Below are positions 1 through 10,767 of a stretch of DNA of 64,000 nucleotides, piece after piece; the stretch's first letter is position 1, and each line of letters begins with the position of its first letter. Source of the DNA: Clostridia bacterium. GTDB taxonomy: Bacteria; Bacillota; Clostridia; TANB77; CAG-465. Where the stretch lies: assembly GCA_017521005.1 (NCBI GenBank), contig JAFXEC010000011.1:16450-80449 (forward strand), in the 5' to 3' direction. A program made the position numbers and the translations under genes. The notes beneath the pieces are model-generated. The model was not told where the DNA came from. It did no database searches and was given only the letters and a program-made list of their open reading frames with translations.

Positions 1-18
1 CATTATTTACTCCTTAAA

Positions 19-1125
19 CTAATTTTTTAATTTTAAAGGTAATACCATGTATACATATCCAGTTCCTGCAAGTGGTCTTATTACAACTGGTAATACTGGT
101 GAAGAGAATTCTAATTCAATTTCATCATCATCTATTACTTTTAATGCTTCTATTAAATATCTAGGATTAAATCCTATTTCTAAATCCTTACCTGAAACAG
201 CTGCATTTACAAGTTCTTTAGCATCACCAGCTTGGCCTTCACAAGATATTTCAAAGAAATCTAAACTCATCTTTATTTTAACTGGTGGTTTTTGCTCCTT
301 AACATCTTTAGAGAATATTGATACTCTATCTAATGCTTCTAATAATGCTCTCTTTCCTATTCTTACTGTTGTCTCAATATTAGTTGGTAATGTCTTATTA
401 TAATTTAAGAAGTCTCCTTCTATTATTCTACTTATAACTGTACATGGACCCATTCTAAATAATGCTTGATTTTTATTAACACCAATCTTTATCATCGCAT
501 CATCATCATCGGATAATGTTTTAATTATTTCTGTTAATGATTTAGCAGGTATAATAGCTTTGAATTCACTTGGTCTTTCTAAATATTCTTTTCTAACAGC
601 CATTCTAAATCCATCAATTGCTACTACATTTATATCGTTATCCACAACTTCCACAAGCGCTCCTGTATATACAGGTCTATTTGGATCTGAACTTGTAGCA
701 AACACTGTTTTCTTTACCATATCCTTGAACATTTTTTCAGATATTGTTATTTCTTTATTAGCATTAAATACTGGTAGTCTTGTAAAATCATCTGGGTTTT
801 GTGTTAATAACTTAAATATTCCGCTAGTTGATTTAATAATAAATATACCATTATTTATTTCAAAACTAATTTCTTCTGATTCAATCTTTCTTACTATCTC
901 ATTGAAAGTTTTTAAATCCACAACTGTATTACCTGAACTTTCAATTACTGCTGGTATTATATATTCACTACCTATTTCTAAATCATTTGTAGTTAACTTT
1001 ATATTATTATCATATGTTTCAATAAGAACGCCTTCTAATATTGGCATAGTAGTTCTTGTTGATACTGTTCTACTAACATTATTTAATGCAACTATTAGAT
1101 CATCCTTTTTACATTTAAAATTCAT
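19..1125 (-). CDS. dnaN: DNA polymerase III beta sliding clamp
   Basis: Translation MNFKCKKDDLIVALNNVSRTVS... is typical DnaN. It lies directly downstream of dnaA. GGAGG sits 8 nt before the second ATG, so the start is placed at 1125 rather than 1140. Confidence 0.95.
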   Translation of the reverse strand: MNFKCKKDDLIVALNNVSRTVSTRTTMPILEGVLIETYDNNIKLTTNDLEIGSEYIIPAVIESSGNTVVDLKTFNEIVRKIESEEISFEINNGIFIIKSTSGIFKLLTQNPDDFTRLPVFNANKEITISEKMFKDMVKKTVFATSSDPNRPVYTGALVEVVDNDINVVAIDGFRMAVRKEYLERPSEFKAIIPAKSLTEIIKTLSDDDDAMIKIGVNKNQALFRMGPCTVISRIIEGDFLNYNKTLPTNIETTVRIGKRALLEALDRVSIFSKDVKEQKPPVKIKMSLDFFEISCEGQAGDAKELVNAAVSGKDLEIGFNPRYLIEALKVIDDDEIELEFSSPVLPVVIRPLAGTGYVYMVLPLKLKN

Positions 1126-1159
1126 TTTTTCTGCCTCCATTTATTTCATTTTTATTTTT

Positions 1160-1410
1160 TACTCCCCATATATACATACTATATATATAATCTATATATA
1201 TTTAGTAGTAGTAGTAGTAGGTGTTGTGGATAACGGGGATAAGTCCAACAAACGCCTAAAAATAAGGTGTTTCAAGTGTGGATAACTTTGTGGATAACTT
1301 GTTCTTTTTATCCACAGAACACATGTTTTTTGTGGATAATTTGTAAAATATGAAGTTATCAACAGTTTGTCCACAGGTTATTCACAGGTTTGTGTGGATA
1401 ACTCGAATCG
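1160..1410. promoter_or_regulatory. oriC element between dnaA and dnaN: AT-rich unwinding stretch plus about 8 DnaA boxes
   Basis: TTATCCACA or TGTGGATAA at about 1222, 1273, 1287, 1308 (forward), 1331 and 1394. Degenerate TTGTCCACA and TTATTCACA at 1369 and 1379. AT-rich run ATATATACATACTATATATATAATCTATATATA and (TAG)6 at 1168-1220. Confidence 0.85.
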
Positions 1411-1458
1411 CTGTAACAATTAAGAAATTATTTTGTAACAATTCTGAAACAATACCTT

Positions 1459-2874
1459 CTAACCCTTGGTAGATAGCGATTTTTTAATATCGTCTATCAA
1501 TTCTTTGGTACTTGGATCTGACATATATTCTTTTGTAAGTTTGTCACATGCATGTATAACTGTCGTATGGTCTTTTCCACCGAAATCCTTACCTATTTGT
1601 GGAAAAGTCATATTTATAAGTGTTCTACATAAGTACATTGCTATTTGTCTAGGATATGCAACGTTTTTAGAACGATTTGAACTTAACAAATCCCCTACCT
1701 TTATGTTGAAAAACTTACTTACGACTTGCATTATTAGTTTACTAGTAATAACGTTTGATCCTTTTACTAGTACAGATTCAATAGTACTATCTATAATTTC
1801 ATCTGTTAATTCATTATTTGTAAATGTTGTATATGCTTTAAGTTTATTGAAAACACCTTCTAGTTCTCTAATATTAGAAGTTACTTGAGTTGCTATCTTA
1901 ACTAAAACAGAGTCATCAATCATATATCTTTCCTTATCTCTTTTTTTCTTTAATATAGCAAGTCTTGTTTCATAATCTGGCGCTTGTATATCTACTGCAA
2001 GTCCCATATCGAAACGAGTCTTTAATCTCTCTTCCAACATATTAAGATCTTTTGGTGGTTTTTCACTTGTTAGTATTATTTGTTTTCCACTTTCAAATAA
2101 AGTGTTAAATGTGTGGAAAAATTCTTCTTGGCATTTAGCTTTACCAACTAAGAACTGAATATCATCTATTAGTAATACATCAATATTTCGATATTTGTTT
2201 CTAAAAGATGCGTTCTCTATTTTTTCACTCATAATAGATGCTACAAGTTCGTTAGTAAATCCTTCACCAGTTGTATATCTAATGTTTAGGTTAGGATGTT
2301 GTTCTAGTATTGCATGTCCTATTCCTTGCATCAAGTGAGTTTTCCCTAGTCCTACTCCCCCATATATGAACAATGGGTTATATACTTCTCCAGGGTTTTC
2401 TGCAACATTTTTAGCTGCAGCGTAAGCAAATCGGTTATTAGATCCTACAATATAATTTTCAAATGTATATTTTGGATTTAATCCAGAATCCATATTGCTT
2501 GTTGGATTTTGATTTGCTATAGGTTGAGTTATATTCTCTACTTTTTTAGTAGCTTCATCTTCTGTATTTTTAATCTCTATTTCTCCCCTACCTAGTTCGA
2601 TATCTACATCTTCACTTACTCCCATTTCCTTAGATTCAAAAGTAATAATGTAGTTTTTATTAGTTAATATCATCAATGTATTAGCTATAAGATCTAGATA
2701 TTTTTTATTTATAACTTCAATATGATAATTTGAAGGTGCTAAAAAACATACTGTGTTTTCATCTGAAAGTCTTGGTATCATTACTTCAACGTATGTTTTG
2801 AAACCAATCGGAGAAATTTCTTCTTTAATAGCTTCTAATGCTTGTTCCCAAATCTTTATAAAATCTTCACTCAA
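1459..2874 (-). CDS. dnaA: Chromosomal replication initiator DnaA (TTG start)
   Basis: MSEDFIKIWEQALEAIKEE... with an AAA+ Walker A GVGLGKTHL and C-terminal DnaA signature. TTG start with GGGGTG upstream. Confidence 0.95.
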   Translation of the reverse strand: MSEDFIKIWEQALEAIKEEISPIGFKTYVEVMIPRLSDENTVCFLAPSNYHIEVINKKYLDLIANTLMILTNKNYIITFESKEMGVSEDVDIELGRGEIEIKNTEDEATKKVENITQPIANQNPTSNMDSGLNPKYTFENYIVGSNNRFAYAAAKNVAENPGEVYNPLFIYGGVGLGKTHLMQGIGHAILEQHPNLNIRYTTGEGFTNELVASIMSEKIENASFRNKYRNIDVLLIDDIQFLVGKAKCQEEFFHTFNTLFESGKQIILTSEKPPKDLNMLEERLKTRFDMGLAVDIQAPDYETRLAILKKKRDKERYMIDDSVLVKIATQVTSNIRELEGVFNKLKAYTTFTNNELTDEIIDSTIESVLVKGSNVITSKLIMQVVSKFFNIKVGDLLSSNRSKNVAYPRQIAMYLCRTLINMTFPQIGKDFGGKDHTTVIHACDKLTKEYMSDPSTKELIDDIKKSLSTKG

Positions 2875-2894
2875 AAAATACTCACCCCTTTTTG

Positions 2895-3215
2895 AAAGTT
2901 ATCCACAGAGTTATCCACAGGTGTGAATAACTTCTCATGTTTTAATAGACAATTTACACTATTATTTTACATAATGAATGTGATAAAAAATCTATCTGAA
3001 AACATGGTATAACCGTCTGCATTAATATATCAGAAAATGTAGAAAAATACAATACTTTCGGGCAAAAAAGATATCTAAAAAACCAAATAAAAATGTTATG
3101 TAAAATGAATATGTAATCTTAAAAACACCTTGTGGATAACTTATAAAGGAAAGTTGTGGATAACTCTGTGGATAACTTTTTTAGAAGTGTGAAAAAATAG
3201 AGTTATCCACAGGTT
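2895..3215. promoter_or_regulatory. Second DnaA-box cluster (oriC upstream half and dnaA promoter region)
   Basis: AGTTATCCACAGAGTTATCCACAGGTGTGAATAA at 2899-2932. TGTGGATAACTT...GTTGTGGATAACTCTGTGGATAAC at 3131-3177. AGTTATCCACAGG at 3201-3215. Confidence 0.85.
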
Positions 3216-3294
3216 AAGTTGACAATTTTATTATACAATAGTATAATTTCATATGTAAAAATAAATTAAATTACTTACAATTGGGGGTACTAAA

Positions 3295-3771
3295 ATGTTT
3301 AGAAAAATAAGGAGAAGATTTGCACATCGGAGTATACGAAAATTCCTTGAACAATTTATGCCTAACATAGGGTTAGGTAACTTAAATTTGTTTGAGTGTG
3401 AAGATTTTAGATTGGGTAAGTATGCAGTCCATACAAGTAAAGGAAAGTATAAATTGACCTTCTGGGAATTGTGTTATGGAGCTAAAGAATTTACTTTAGA
3501 ACTAAAATACAAGCAGGGAGAAGGAGAGTTTATAACATTTTCCATTACCGGAAATATTTCTTTTAATATTATGCCGGAGACGCATACTATTGATAGAAAA
3601 GGCGAAAGGCAAGTGTTAGATCTTCTAAAAGGAACAGCAAAGGTTTATCCTAAAGCAAATGAATACGAAAATGTTAACTATAAGGTAATAGAATATAAGA
3701 GTCCGGTTATGAAATCTGAAGTTCTTGATTTAGATTTGCTTGTTAGGGAAACATATGAGTATATCTTTTAA
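3295..3771 (+). CDS. Hypothetical protein (158 aa) inserted between oriC and rpmH
   Basis: Long ORF followed by a hairpin plus T-run at 3778-3820. No recognisable motif. Confidence 0.5.
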   Translation: MFRKIRRRFAHRSIRKFLEQFMPNIGLGNLNLFECEDFRLGKYAVHTSKGKYKLTFWELCYGAKEFTLELKYKQGEGEFITFSITGNISFNIMPETHTIDRKGERQVLDLLKGTAKVYPKANEYENVNYKVIEYKSPVMKSEVLDLDLLVRETYEYIF

Positions 3772-3777
3772 TGGCTA

Positions 3778-3820
3778 TAAACGGGCGGAAATGTTATATT
3801 TCTACCCGTTTATTTTTTAT
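3778..3820 (+). terminator. Rho-independent terminator
   Basis: AACGGGCGGAAATGTTATATTTCTACCCGTT hairpin followed by TATTTTTTAT. Confidence 0.6.
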
Positions 3821-3842
3821 TTGAAAAATATTTTAAAAAGCG

Positions 3843-3871
3843 TTGACATTTACATAACTTAGTGTTATAAT
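3843..3871 (+). promoter_or_regulatory. Sigma-A type promoter for rpmH-rnpA
   Basis: TTGACA, 17 nt spacer, TGtTATAAT (extended -10). Confidence 0.6.
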
Positions 3872-3916
3872 CTTACCAGAAATTTGTAGACTAATTAACA
3901 GGAGGTGTACTACATT

Positions 3917-4051
3917 ATGAAAATGACATTTCAACCTAAAAATAGACAAGAAAAGAAAGAACATGGTTTCAGAAAAAGAATGAAAACTGCTTCTGGAAGA
4001 AAAGTATTAAAAGCAAGAAGAGCTAAAGGAAGAGCTAAACTTACAGCTTAA
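3917..4051 (+). CDS. rpmH: 50S ribosomal protein L34
   Basis: Manual translation [44 protein letters not shown], 44 aa. GGAGGTG RBS. Not in the ORF track because it is under 60 aa. A terminator follows. Confidence 0.93.
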   Translation: MKMTFQPKNRQEKKEHGFRKRMKTASGRKVLKARRAKGRAKLTA

Positions 4052-4133
4052 TAAATTAATAGGATATTTTTAATAAAGGCGCAAGCCTTTATTTTTTTAT
4101 CTAAATGAATTAAAATAATAATAGGTGAGAACA

Positions 4134-4484
4134 ATGAAAAATACAAAATCTTTAAAGGGAAGCGTAAATTTCAAAAGAGTTTTAAGGCAAGGAAGTTACG
4201 TTTCGGGTAAAAGATTAGCAATTTATATAAAAAGAAATAATGATATTGAGGGTGAAAACAGATTAGGAATATGTGTAAGTAAGAAACATGGAAATAGCGT
4301 TGTTAGAAATAAATTAAAGAGATGGGCAAGAGAAGCATATTACTTACTAGAAAAAGATCTTTTGAAACAATTTAATATTGTTATTTTATATAGAAAGGAT
4401 ATAGAAATAAATAAATTAGATTTTAACGCCGTAAAAGACGAAATGAGAGATTTATTTATAAAAAACGACATGTTACATGGATAA
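4134..4484 (+). CDS. rnpA: RNase P protein component
   Basis: MKNTKSLKGSVNFKRVLRQG...RLGICVSKK is the typical RnpA. AGGTGAG RBS before the ATG at 4134. Confidence 0.9.
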   Translation: MKNTKSLKGSVNFKRVLRQGSYVSGKRLAIYIKRNNDIEGENRLGICVSKKHGNSVVRNKLKRWAREAYYLLEKDLLKQFNIVILYRKDIEINKLDFNAVKDEMRDLFIKNDMLHG

Positions 4485-4719
4485 AAGATTAAAATGGCTA
4501 AAAACGGCTCCTAGACGATTTGGGATTTTAATGATAAATTTTTACCAAAAACATATTTCAAAACATTTTGGGAAGAAATGTATATTCTATCCATCGTGTT
4601 CAGAATATACCAAACAAGCTATTGACAAATATGGTATAATCAAAGGTAGTTTTAAGGGATTAAAAAGAGTATTGAGATGCCATCCTTTTGGTAAGGGTGG
4701 AGTAGACCATTTAGAGTAA
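4477..4719 (+). CDS. yidD: Membrane protein insertion efficiency factor YidD
   Basis: ...FYPSCSEYTKQAIDKYG...CHPFGKGGVDHL is the conserved YidD signature. Confidence 0.9.
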   Translation: MDKRLKWLKTAPRRFGILMINFYQKHISKHFGKKCIFYPSCSEYTKQAIDKYGIIKGSFKGLKRVLRCHPFGKGGVDHLE

Positions 4720-4728
4720 GGAGAAAAG

Positions 4729-5559
4729 ATGATAAAATTTATAGCAGAAATACTAGGGGCTCTAATAAGATTAATATATAATATAGTAGGAGAAAACTAC
4801 GGTTTATCTATAATAATATTTACAGTATTAACTAAATTATTAATGTTCCCAGTAACATATAAACAAGAAAAAGCAATGCACGAAATGAAAAAGGTTGCAC
4901 CGCTAGAAAAAGAAATACGAGAAAAGTATAAAGGAAATAATGAAAAAATGGCAGAAGAGCTTACTAAAATGTATAGTGAGCACAAGATAAATCCAGCAGG
5001 TGGATGTTTATCTATGTTAATCCAAATACCATTAATATTTGCAATATTTGCAATAGTAAAACAACCGCTTACATACATAATGCAAGTGCCACAAGATCAG
5101 ATGATGAAGTATGGACAAGAATACGCGGTAGAATACTTAAATAAAGAAAGCATAACAGAACGAGAAATAAAAGCATACGAAATAGAAATAGCAGATAATA
5201 AAGATTTGATAAACATGGATTTTATAGGTTTGGACTTTGGTGCTAAACCATCAGATACATTTGCAAAAGACGAATCAAAAAGAACAAATCCAATAATACT
5301 GTTAATTCCAATATTATCAGTTGTTTTAGCGGTAGTTCAAAATGAAATAAATAAGAAGAACAGTGCAATGACAAAAGAACAAATGGAACAACAAAAAGGT
5401 ATGATGACAATGATGCCAATACTATCTGGATATATATCATACGTAATGCCACTAGCACTAGGAGTATATTGGTTAATAGGTAGTGTACTTCAAATAATAA
5501 CACACTTAATAATAAATTTAATGTTAAAGAAGAGCACTATTATGATAGGAGGAAAATAA
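4729..5559 (+). CDS. yidC: Membrane protein insertase YidC/SpoIIIJ
   Basis: Polytopic membrane protein at the conserved position after yidD. Strong RBS. Confidence 0.88.
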   Translation: MIKFIAEILGALIRLIYNIVGENYGLSIIIFTVLTKLLMFPVTYKQEKAMHEMKKVAPLEKEIREKYKGNNEKMAEELTKMYSEHKINPAGGCLSMLIQIPLIFAIFAIVKQPLTYIMQVPQDQMMKYGQEYAVEYLNKESITEREIKAYEIEIADNKDLINMDFIGLDFGAKPSDTFAKDESKRTNPIILLIPILSVVLAVVQNEINKKNSAMTKEQMEQQKGMMTMMPILSGYISYVMPLALGVYWLIGSVLQIITHLIINLMLKKSTIMIGGK

Positions 5560-5560
5560 C

Positions 5561-6208
5561 ATGAAAAGAATGACAGAAGAATATGGAAAGACAGTTGAAG
5601 AAGCAATAAGAAAAGGATTAGAAACACTTAAAGTTTCGCGTGAAGATGTTAAGATTCTAGTGATAGATGAACCATCTAATGGGATGCTTGGAATACTTTC
5701 TAGTAAAATGGCTAAAGTAAGACTTACAGTAGAAAAGAAAGTGGACGATGAACAAGTGGGGAAGACAGTAGAAAAAGCAAACGAAATACTAGGAAAAATC
5801 TTTGAAATAACAGGAGATTCTTCAACATTTGAAGTTACAGCAGAAGATGGAAAAGTGTTAGTAAAAATAGCATCTGAAGGTTCTGCACACTTAATTGGAT
5901 ATAAAGGAAAAACAATAGAAGCTATCCAATCTACAATAAACTCAATACTTCAAAAAGAAGAAGAGGAATATGCAAAAGTATTTGTAGAAGTAAATGATTA
6001 CAAAGTAAAGAAAGAAGAAAGACTTAAAGAATTAGCTAGAAAAATGGCTAGAAACGCTGTGAAATTCGGCAGAGATGTAAGACTTGAACCAATGTCTGCA
6101 TATGAAAGAATGATAATTCACACAGAACTTGCAAATAGAACAGACGTAAAAACAGAAAGCTATGGCGAAGAACCAAGAAGAAGAGTAGTAATAAAGAAAA
6201 TAAGATAA
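5561..6208 (+). CDS. jag: Jag/KhpB RNA-binding protein (KH plus R3H)
   Basis: Conserved position after yidC. C-terminal R3H-like ...YERMIIHTELAN.... Confidence 0.85.
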   Translation: MKRMTEEYGKTVEEAIRKGLETLKVSREDVKILVIDEPSNGMLGILSSKMAKVRLTVEKKVDDEQVGKTVEKANEILGKIFEITGDSSTFEVTAEDGKVLVKIASEGSAHLIGYKGKTIEAIQSTINSILQKEEEEYAKVFVEVNDYKVKKEERLKELARKMARNAVKFGRDVRLEPMSAYERMIIHTELANRTDVKTESYGEEPRRRVVIKKIR

Positions 6209-6258
6209 AATAAAAGGTCAGCAAAAGCTGACTTTTTATAGGGAAAGGAAATAAAGTT

Positions 6259-7632
6259 ATGTTAACAGAAACTATTGCAGCTATAAGTACTGGTGGTACA
6301 AGTAGTGGAATTAATATAATAAGAATAAGTGGAGAAAAGGCACTTGAAATAGTGTCTAAAATCTTTACGAACTATGCTAAATTAGATCATCAAAAGATAA
6401 TCTATGGTAAGATAATAAATAATAATACAAGCACTATAGTAGATGAAGTGCTTGTTTCATGCTTTAAGGCTCCACACAGTTTCACAGGAGAAGATGTATG
6501 CGAGATAAATTGTCATGGTGGAAGAAAAGTAACGTTAGAAATATTAAAACTAGTAATAGATAACGGAGCAAGAATAGCAGAACCAGGTGAGTTTTCTAAG
6601 AGGGCTTTCTTAAACGGTAAGATGGATTTATCTAAAGCAGAAGCAATAATTGATGTAATAAATGCTAAGACAAGCGCGCAAGCAAAAGTGGCTGTAAATC
6701 AGTTATCGGGCGGAATATACGACAAAGTAGAAACAGTAAGGGATATGCTTGTAACACTTATGGCAGAGATAGAAGTTAGTATAGATTATCCTGAATATGA
6801 TTATGAAGAAATAACAATAAATAAGCTAACGGAAAGATTAGATTTAATAAAAAAAGAAATAGATTTATTAATTAAAACACACAACGATGGTAAATATATA
6901 AAGAACGGAATAAACCTTGCCATAGTAGGAAATACAAATGTAGGTAAATCATCATTATTAAATACATTATTAAACGAAGAAAAAGCAATAGTTACAGATA
7001 TAGAGGGAACAACAAGAGATGTTATAGAAGAAACTTTAATAATAGGAAATCTTGTATTAAATGTTTCAGATACTGCAGGAATAAGAGAAACTGATGATGT
7101 GGTTGAAGCTATAGGTGTTAACAAAAGTCTAAAAGCTATAGATGATACGGATATGATAATATATTTAATAGACTTATCAAGGGGCTTAAACACTAGAGAC
7201 ATCGAGCTTTTAGAGAAAATTAAAGGACAAAACAAGCCGTATATAATTGGACTTAACAAGGTGGATATTTCACGTGAAAAGATCGAAGATGTTAAAAGTC
7301 AATTAGGAAATCATAAAAACATAATATGTATATCTAGTAAAACTGGAGAAGGTATTGTAGAATTAAAAGACACAATAGAAGAAATATTTAACATATCTAA
7401 TATAGATAGTGAAGAAAGTAGAATAATAGTAAATGAAAGACATAAAGATTTACTAGAAAAAGCTAGAAATAGCGTTATAAAAGCAAAAGAAATAGCAGAA
7501 ATGGGAGAATCTTTAGATGTTGCTGCAATAGATATAAAGGAAGCTACAGAAATGTTAGGAAACATTACAGGAAAGAATGCAAGCAGCGATGTTGTAAACA
7601 AGATATTTGAAAAATTCTGTTTAGGAAAGTAG
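6259..7632 (+). CDS. mnmE: tRNA modification GTPase MnmE
   Basis: G-domain motifs [14 protein letters not shown] and NKVD. C-terminal ...CLGK. Confidence 0.93.
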   Translation: MLTETIAAISTGGTSSGINIIRISGEKALEIVSKIFTNYAKLDHQKIIYGKIINNNTSTIVDEVLVSCFKAPHSFTGEDVCEINCHGGRKVTLEILKLVIDNGARIAEPGEFSKRAFLNGKMDLSKAEAIIDVINAKTSAQAKVAVNQLSGGIYDKVETVRDMLVTLMAEIEVSIDYPEYDYEEITINKLTERLDLIKKEIDLLIKTHNDGKYIKNGINLAIVGNTNVGKSSLLNTLLNEEKAIVTDIEGTTRDVIEETLIIGNLVLNVSDTAGIRETDDVVEAIGVNKSLKAIDDTDMIIYLIDLSRGLNTRDIELLEKIKGQNKPYIIGLNKVDISREKIEDVKSQLGNHKNIICISSKTGEGIVELKDTIEEIFNISNIDSEESRIIVNERHKDLLEKARNSVIKAKEIAEMGESLDVAAIDIKEATEMLGNITGKNASSDVVNKIFEKFCLGK

Positions 7633-7642
7633 GAATAATATA

Positions 7643-9538
7643 ATGATAGAATATAAAGATATGGATTATGATGTAGTTGTAATAGGTGGAGGACATGCTG
7701 GTATTGAGGCTGCCCTTGCCGCTGCACGTCTTGGGAAGACTACAGCGATGTTTGTAATGAATATGGATTCGGTTGCTAATATGCCTTGTAATCCTAGTAT
7801 TGGAGGCACTTCTAAAGGACACCTGGTTAGAGAAATTGATGCGCTAGGAGGACAAATGGGACTTTCTGCAGATCAATGCTTTGTACAATCCAAAATGCTA
7901 AACTCATCTAAAGGGCCAGCTGTACATTCATTAAGAGCACAAATAGATAGAAGAAAATATCATGCATATATGAAGCAAGTGCTAGAAAATGAACAAAATC
8001 TAGATATTATACAAGCAGAAGTTGTAGAAATTAGAACTGAAGGAAATAAAGTAAAAGAAATAAAGACAAAAAATGGAGCAATATATGGATGTAAAGCAAT
8101 AGTAGTTGCTACTGGAACATACTTAAAAGGTAAAGTCGTAATAGGTGAAGTATCCTATGAAAGCGGCCCAGATGGCGTATTCCCGGCTAATGAGCTGTCT
8201 CAAAGCTTATTAAATTTAGGTATAGAATTAAGAAGATTTAAGACAGGTACTCCAGCTAGAATAAACGTAAAAACAATGGATTTATCTAAGATGGAAGTAC
8301 AAAGTGGAGATGAAGATATACAATCATTCTCATTTATGAATGAAGAAAATAAAGAATTACTTTCAAGACCACAAATAGACTGTTATTTAACATATACGAA
8401 CGAAGAAACACATAAAGAAATTAGAGCAAACATACATCGTTCACCTTTATTTAATGGCTCTATATCAGGCGTTGGACCTAGATATTGTCCTTCTATAGAA
8501 GATAAAGTAATGAGATTTGCAGACAAAGAAAGACATCAAATATTTATAGAACCAATGGGAGATAATACTGGAGAAATGTATATCCAAGGAATGTCATCTT
8601 CGCTTCCAGAAGAAGTTCAAAAGAGATTATACAAAACCGTTCCAGGCCTAGAGAATTGTAGGTTTATGCGTTCTGCATATGCAATAGAATACGATGCGAT
8701 AGATTCAACAAAACTATCTTTAGGATTAAAATATAAAGATATAGATGGATTATATTTTGCAGGTCAAATTAATGGAAGTTCTGGATATGAAGAAGCAGCT
8801 GCACAAGGTTTGATTGCTGGAATTAATGCAGCTAGAGAGATAGACAATCTTCCAGAGTTTACATTAGATCGTTCTGAAGCATACATAGGTGTATTAATAG
8901 ACGATCTTGTAACAAAAGGAACTAATGAACCATATAGAATGATGACATCCCGTTCAGAATATAGATTAATGTTAAGACAAGATAATGCTGATCTTAGACT
9001 TACTGAAAAAGGCCACGCTGTAGGGCTTGTAAGCGATGAAAGATATTCTGCATTTGTAAATAAAAAGGAATTAATAGAGAAAGAATTAGAAAGAGTAGCA
9101 AGTACATTAATTAAAGCTAATGATAATACAAATGCTCTTTTAGAATCTTTAGGAAGTAGTACAATCGAAAGAGGTACAAAACTTGCAGAACTTCTAAAAA
9201 GAACAGAAGTTACGTATGATAATACCGCAAGCATAGATCCTTCTAGACCAGTATTACCAAGGTCTGTAAGGGAACAAGTAGAGATACAAGTTAAGTATGC
9301 TGGATATATCAAACTTCAACAAGAACAAATAGATAGATTCAAAAAATTAGAAGAAAAGAAACTATCTACAGAAATAGATTACGAACAAATAAAAGGATTA
9401 AGTTTAGAAGCGAGACAAAAATTAAACAAACAAAAACCTACTTCTGTAGGACAAGCTTCTAGAATAACTGGAGTTTCTCCAGCAGATATATCTGTGTTAT
9501 TAATTTACCTAACTCAAAGTGGGAAGAAAGAGGTGTGA
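7643..9538 (+). CDS. mnmG: tRNA uridine 5-carboxymethylaminomethyl modification enzyme MnmG
   Basis: FAD-binding [14 protein letters not shown] and conserved GidA length (631 aa). Confidence 0.95.
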   Translation: MIEYKDMDYDVVVIGGGHAGIEAALAAARLGKTTAMFVMNMDSVANMPCNPSIGGTSKGHLVREIDALGGQMGLSADQCFVQSKMLNSSKGPAVHSLRAQIDRRKYHAYMKQVLENEQNLDIIQAEVVEIRTEGNKVKEIKTKNGAIYGCKAIVVATGTYLKGKVVIGEVSYESGPDGVFPANELSQSLLNLGIELRRFKTGTPARINVKTMDLSKMEVQSGDEDIQSFSFMNEENKELLSRPQIDCYLTYTNEETHKEIRANIHRSPLFNGSISGVGPRYCPSIEDKVMRFADKERHQIFIEPMGDNTGEMYIQGMSSSLPEEVQKRLYKTVPGLENCRFMRSAYAIEYDAIDSTKLSLGLKYKDIDGLYFAGQINGSSGYEEAAAQGLIAGINAAREIDNLPEFTLDRSEAYIGVLIDDLVTKGTNEPYRMMTSRSEYRLMLRQDNADLRLTEKGHAVGLVSDERYSAFVNKKELIEKELERVASTLIKANDNTNALLESLGSSTIERGTKLAELLKRTEVTYDNTASIDPSRPVLPRSVREQVEIQVKYAGYIKLQQEQIDRFKKLEEKKLSTEIDYEQIKGLSLEARQKLNKQKPTSVGQASRITGVSPADISVLLIYLTQSGKKEV

Positions 9539-9544
9539 TTTCAC

Positions 9545-10279
9545 GTGAAATTAACTAAAGAACAATTCATTGAAAACACTGTAAATGCAGTTAAATCAAT
9601 AGGTTTAGATGTTTCTATGAAACAAGCAGAAATGTTATACACATATAAAGAACTCTTAGTAGAGTGGAACGAAAAGATAAATCTTACTGCCGTTACAGAG
9701 GATGATGAAGTAATAGTAAAACACATTGTAGACTCTCTTTATGTAGCAAAATATATTAAAGAAGGAGATAAGGTAATAGATGTAGGAACAGGTGCTGGAC
9801 TTCCAGGGATGATTCTTGCAATATATTTTGATGGCAAAGTAGAATTCACATTATTTGATGCATTAAATAAAAGAATAATATTCTTGGATGAAGTTATTAA
9901 AACTTTAGGGCTAAAGAATGTTAAAGCCGTACATGGTAGAGCGGAAGAAACTGCTAAAGAAGCTGATTTCAGAGAAGCTTACGATGTAGTTGTAAGTAGA
10001 GCTGTAGCAAGACTTAATGTTCTAATGGAGCTTACAGCGCCGTTTGTTAAAGTGGGTGGTAAGTGTGTATATATGAAGGCTGATAAGACTGAAGAGGAGA
10101 TTAAAGAAACTAATAAAGCAATTATAGAATTATCCCTTAAACTAAAAGATACTTATGAATACAAATTGGAATATAATAATGAATATTTTAGAAGAACAAT
10201 CATAGAATATACAAAGATTAATAATGTTAAAGATAAATATCCAAGACAATTCGCTAAAATTAAAAAGCAACCTCTATAG
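9545..10279 (+). CDS. rsmG: 16S rRNA (guanine527-N7)-methyltransferase RsmG (GTG start)
   Basis: SAM motif VIDVGTGAGLPG at the conserved position after mnmG. Confidence 0.9.
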   Translation: MKLTKEQFIENTVNAVKSIGLDVSMKQAEMLYTYKELLVEWNEKINLTAVTEDDEVIVKHIVDSLYVAKYIKEGDKVIDVGTGAGLPGMILAIYFDGKVEFTLFDALNKRIIFLDEVIKTLGLKNVKAVHGRAEETAKEADFREAYDVVVSRAVARLNVLMELTAPFVKVGGKCVYMKADKTEEEIKETNKAIIELSLKLKDTYEYKLEYNNEYFRRTIIEYTKINNVKDKYPRQFAKIKKQPL

Positions 10280-10308
10280 TTAAAAAAAGGATATTTATGG
10301 GTTAAAAT

Positions 10309-10337
10309 TTGCAATACTTGACATCGTATGGTATAAT
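10309..10337 (+). promoter_or_regulatory. Promoter for the GC-rich small gene
   Basis: TTGCAA, 17 nt spacer, TGgTATAAT (extended -10). Confidence 0.55.
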
Positions 10338-10391
10338 ACATAGTGCTGTAAAAAACACTATGACTATATTTAAATAAATAAGGAGGTTTGT

Positions 10392-10649
10392 ATGGCAAAG
10401 AAGAAAAAAGTAAACTGTAAGCATGGCCTTACTTGTACTGAAGAAATTCAGGCAAGAAAACTTAGATGGCAGTTAGAAGCCGGGGACGAAGAATACAACC
10501 AACTGATACGGGAGCTCTATGAAGAGTGGTTCATGAAACCAAAGGAAAGTTTTTATGATTGGCTTTGGCCGCAAGATAAAATCTTATCTTCCGCGTTAAG
10601 GAGAATGTATGACTGGCAACTGACCGTTTTCGGGAAATCTATCAAGTAA
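10392..10649 (+). CDS. Hypothetical small protein (85 aa) in a GC-rich insert
   Basis: AGGAGG RBS. ORF MAKKKKVNCKHGLTCTEEIQARKLRWQ.... Local GC is clearly higher than in the neighbours. Own promoter and a terminator hairpin at 10676-10728. Confidence 0.55.
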   Translation: MAKKKKVNCKHGLTCTEEIQARKLRWQLEAGDEEYNQLIRELYEEWFMKPKESFYDWLWPQDKILSSALRRMYDWQLTVFGKSIK

Positions 10650-10767
10650 TTACAAGATATGATTGTATAAGGGTCAAAAAAGAAAAGAGTAAATCTATAA
10701 AAAAAGAGATTTGCTCTTTTCTTTTTATTTAAATTGTAATATAATAACAAGCAAAGAGGTGAAAGTT

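Noticed and set aside
47-1285. Plus-strand ORFs 47-403 and 560-1285 antisense to dnaN
   Set aside because: Entirely embedded opposite a highly conserved gene. Low-complexity S/T/L-rich translations typical of antisense frames. No RBS.
8764-9312. 182-aa minus-strand ORF inside mnmG, with similar antisense ORFs inside rpoB, rpoC, dnaX and mnmE
   Set aside because: Shadow ORFs opposite long conserved genes. Biased composition and no start-site signals.
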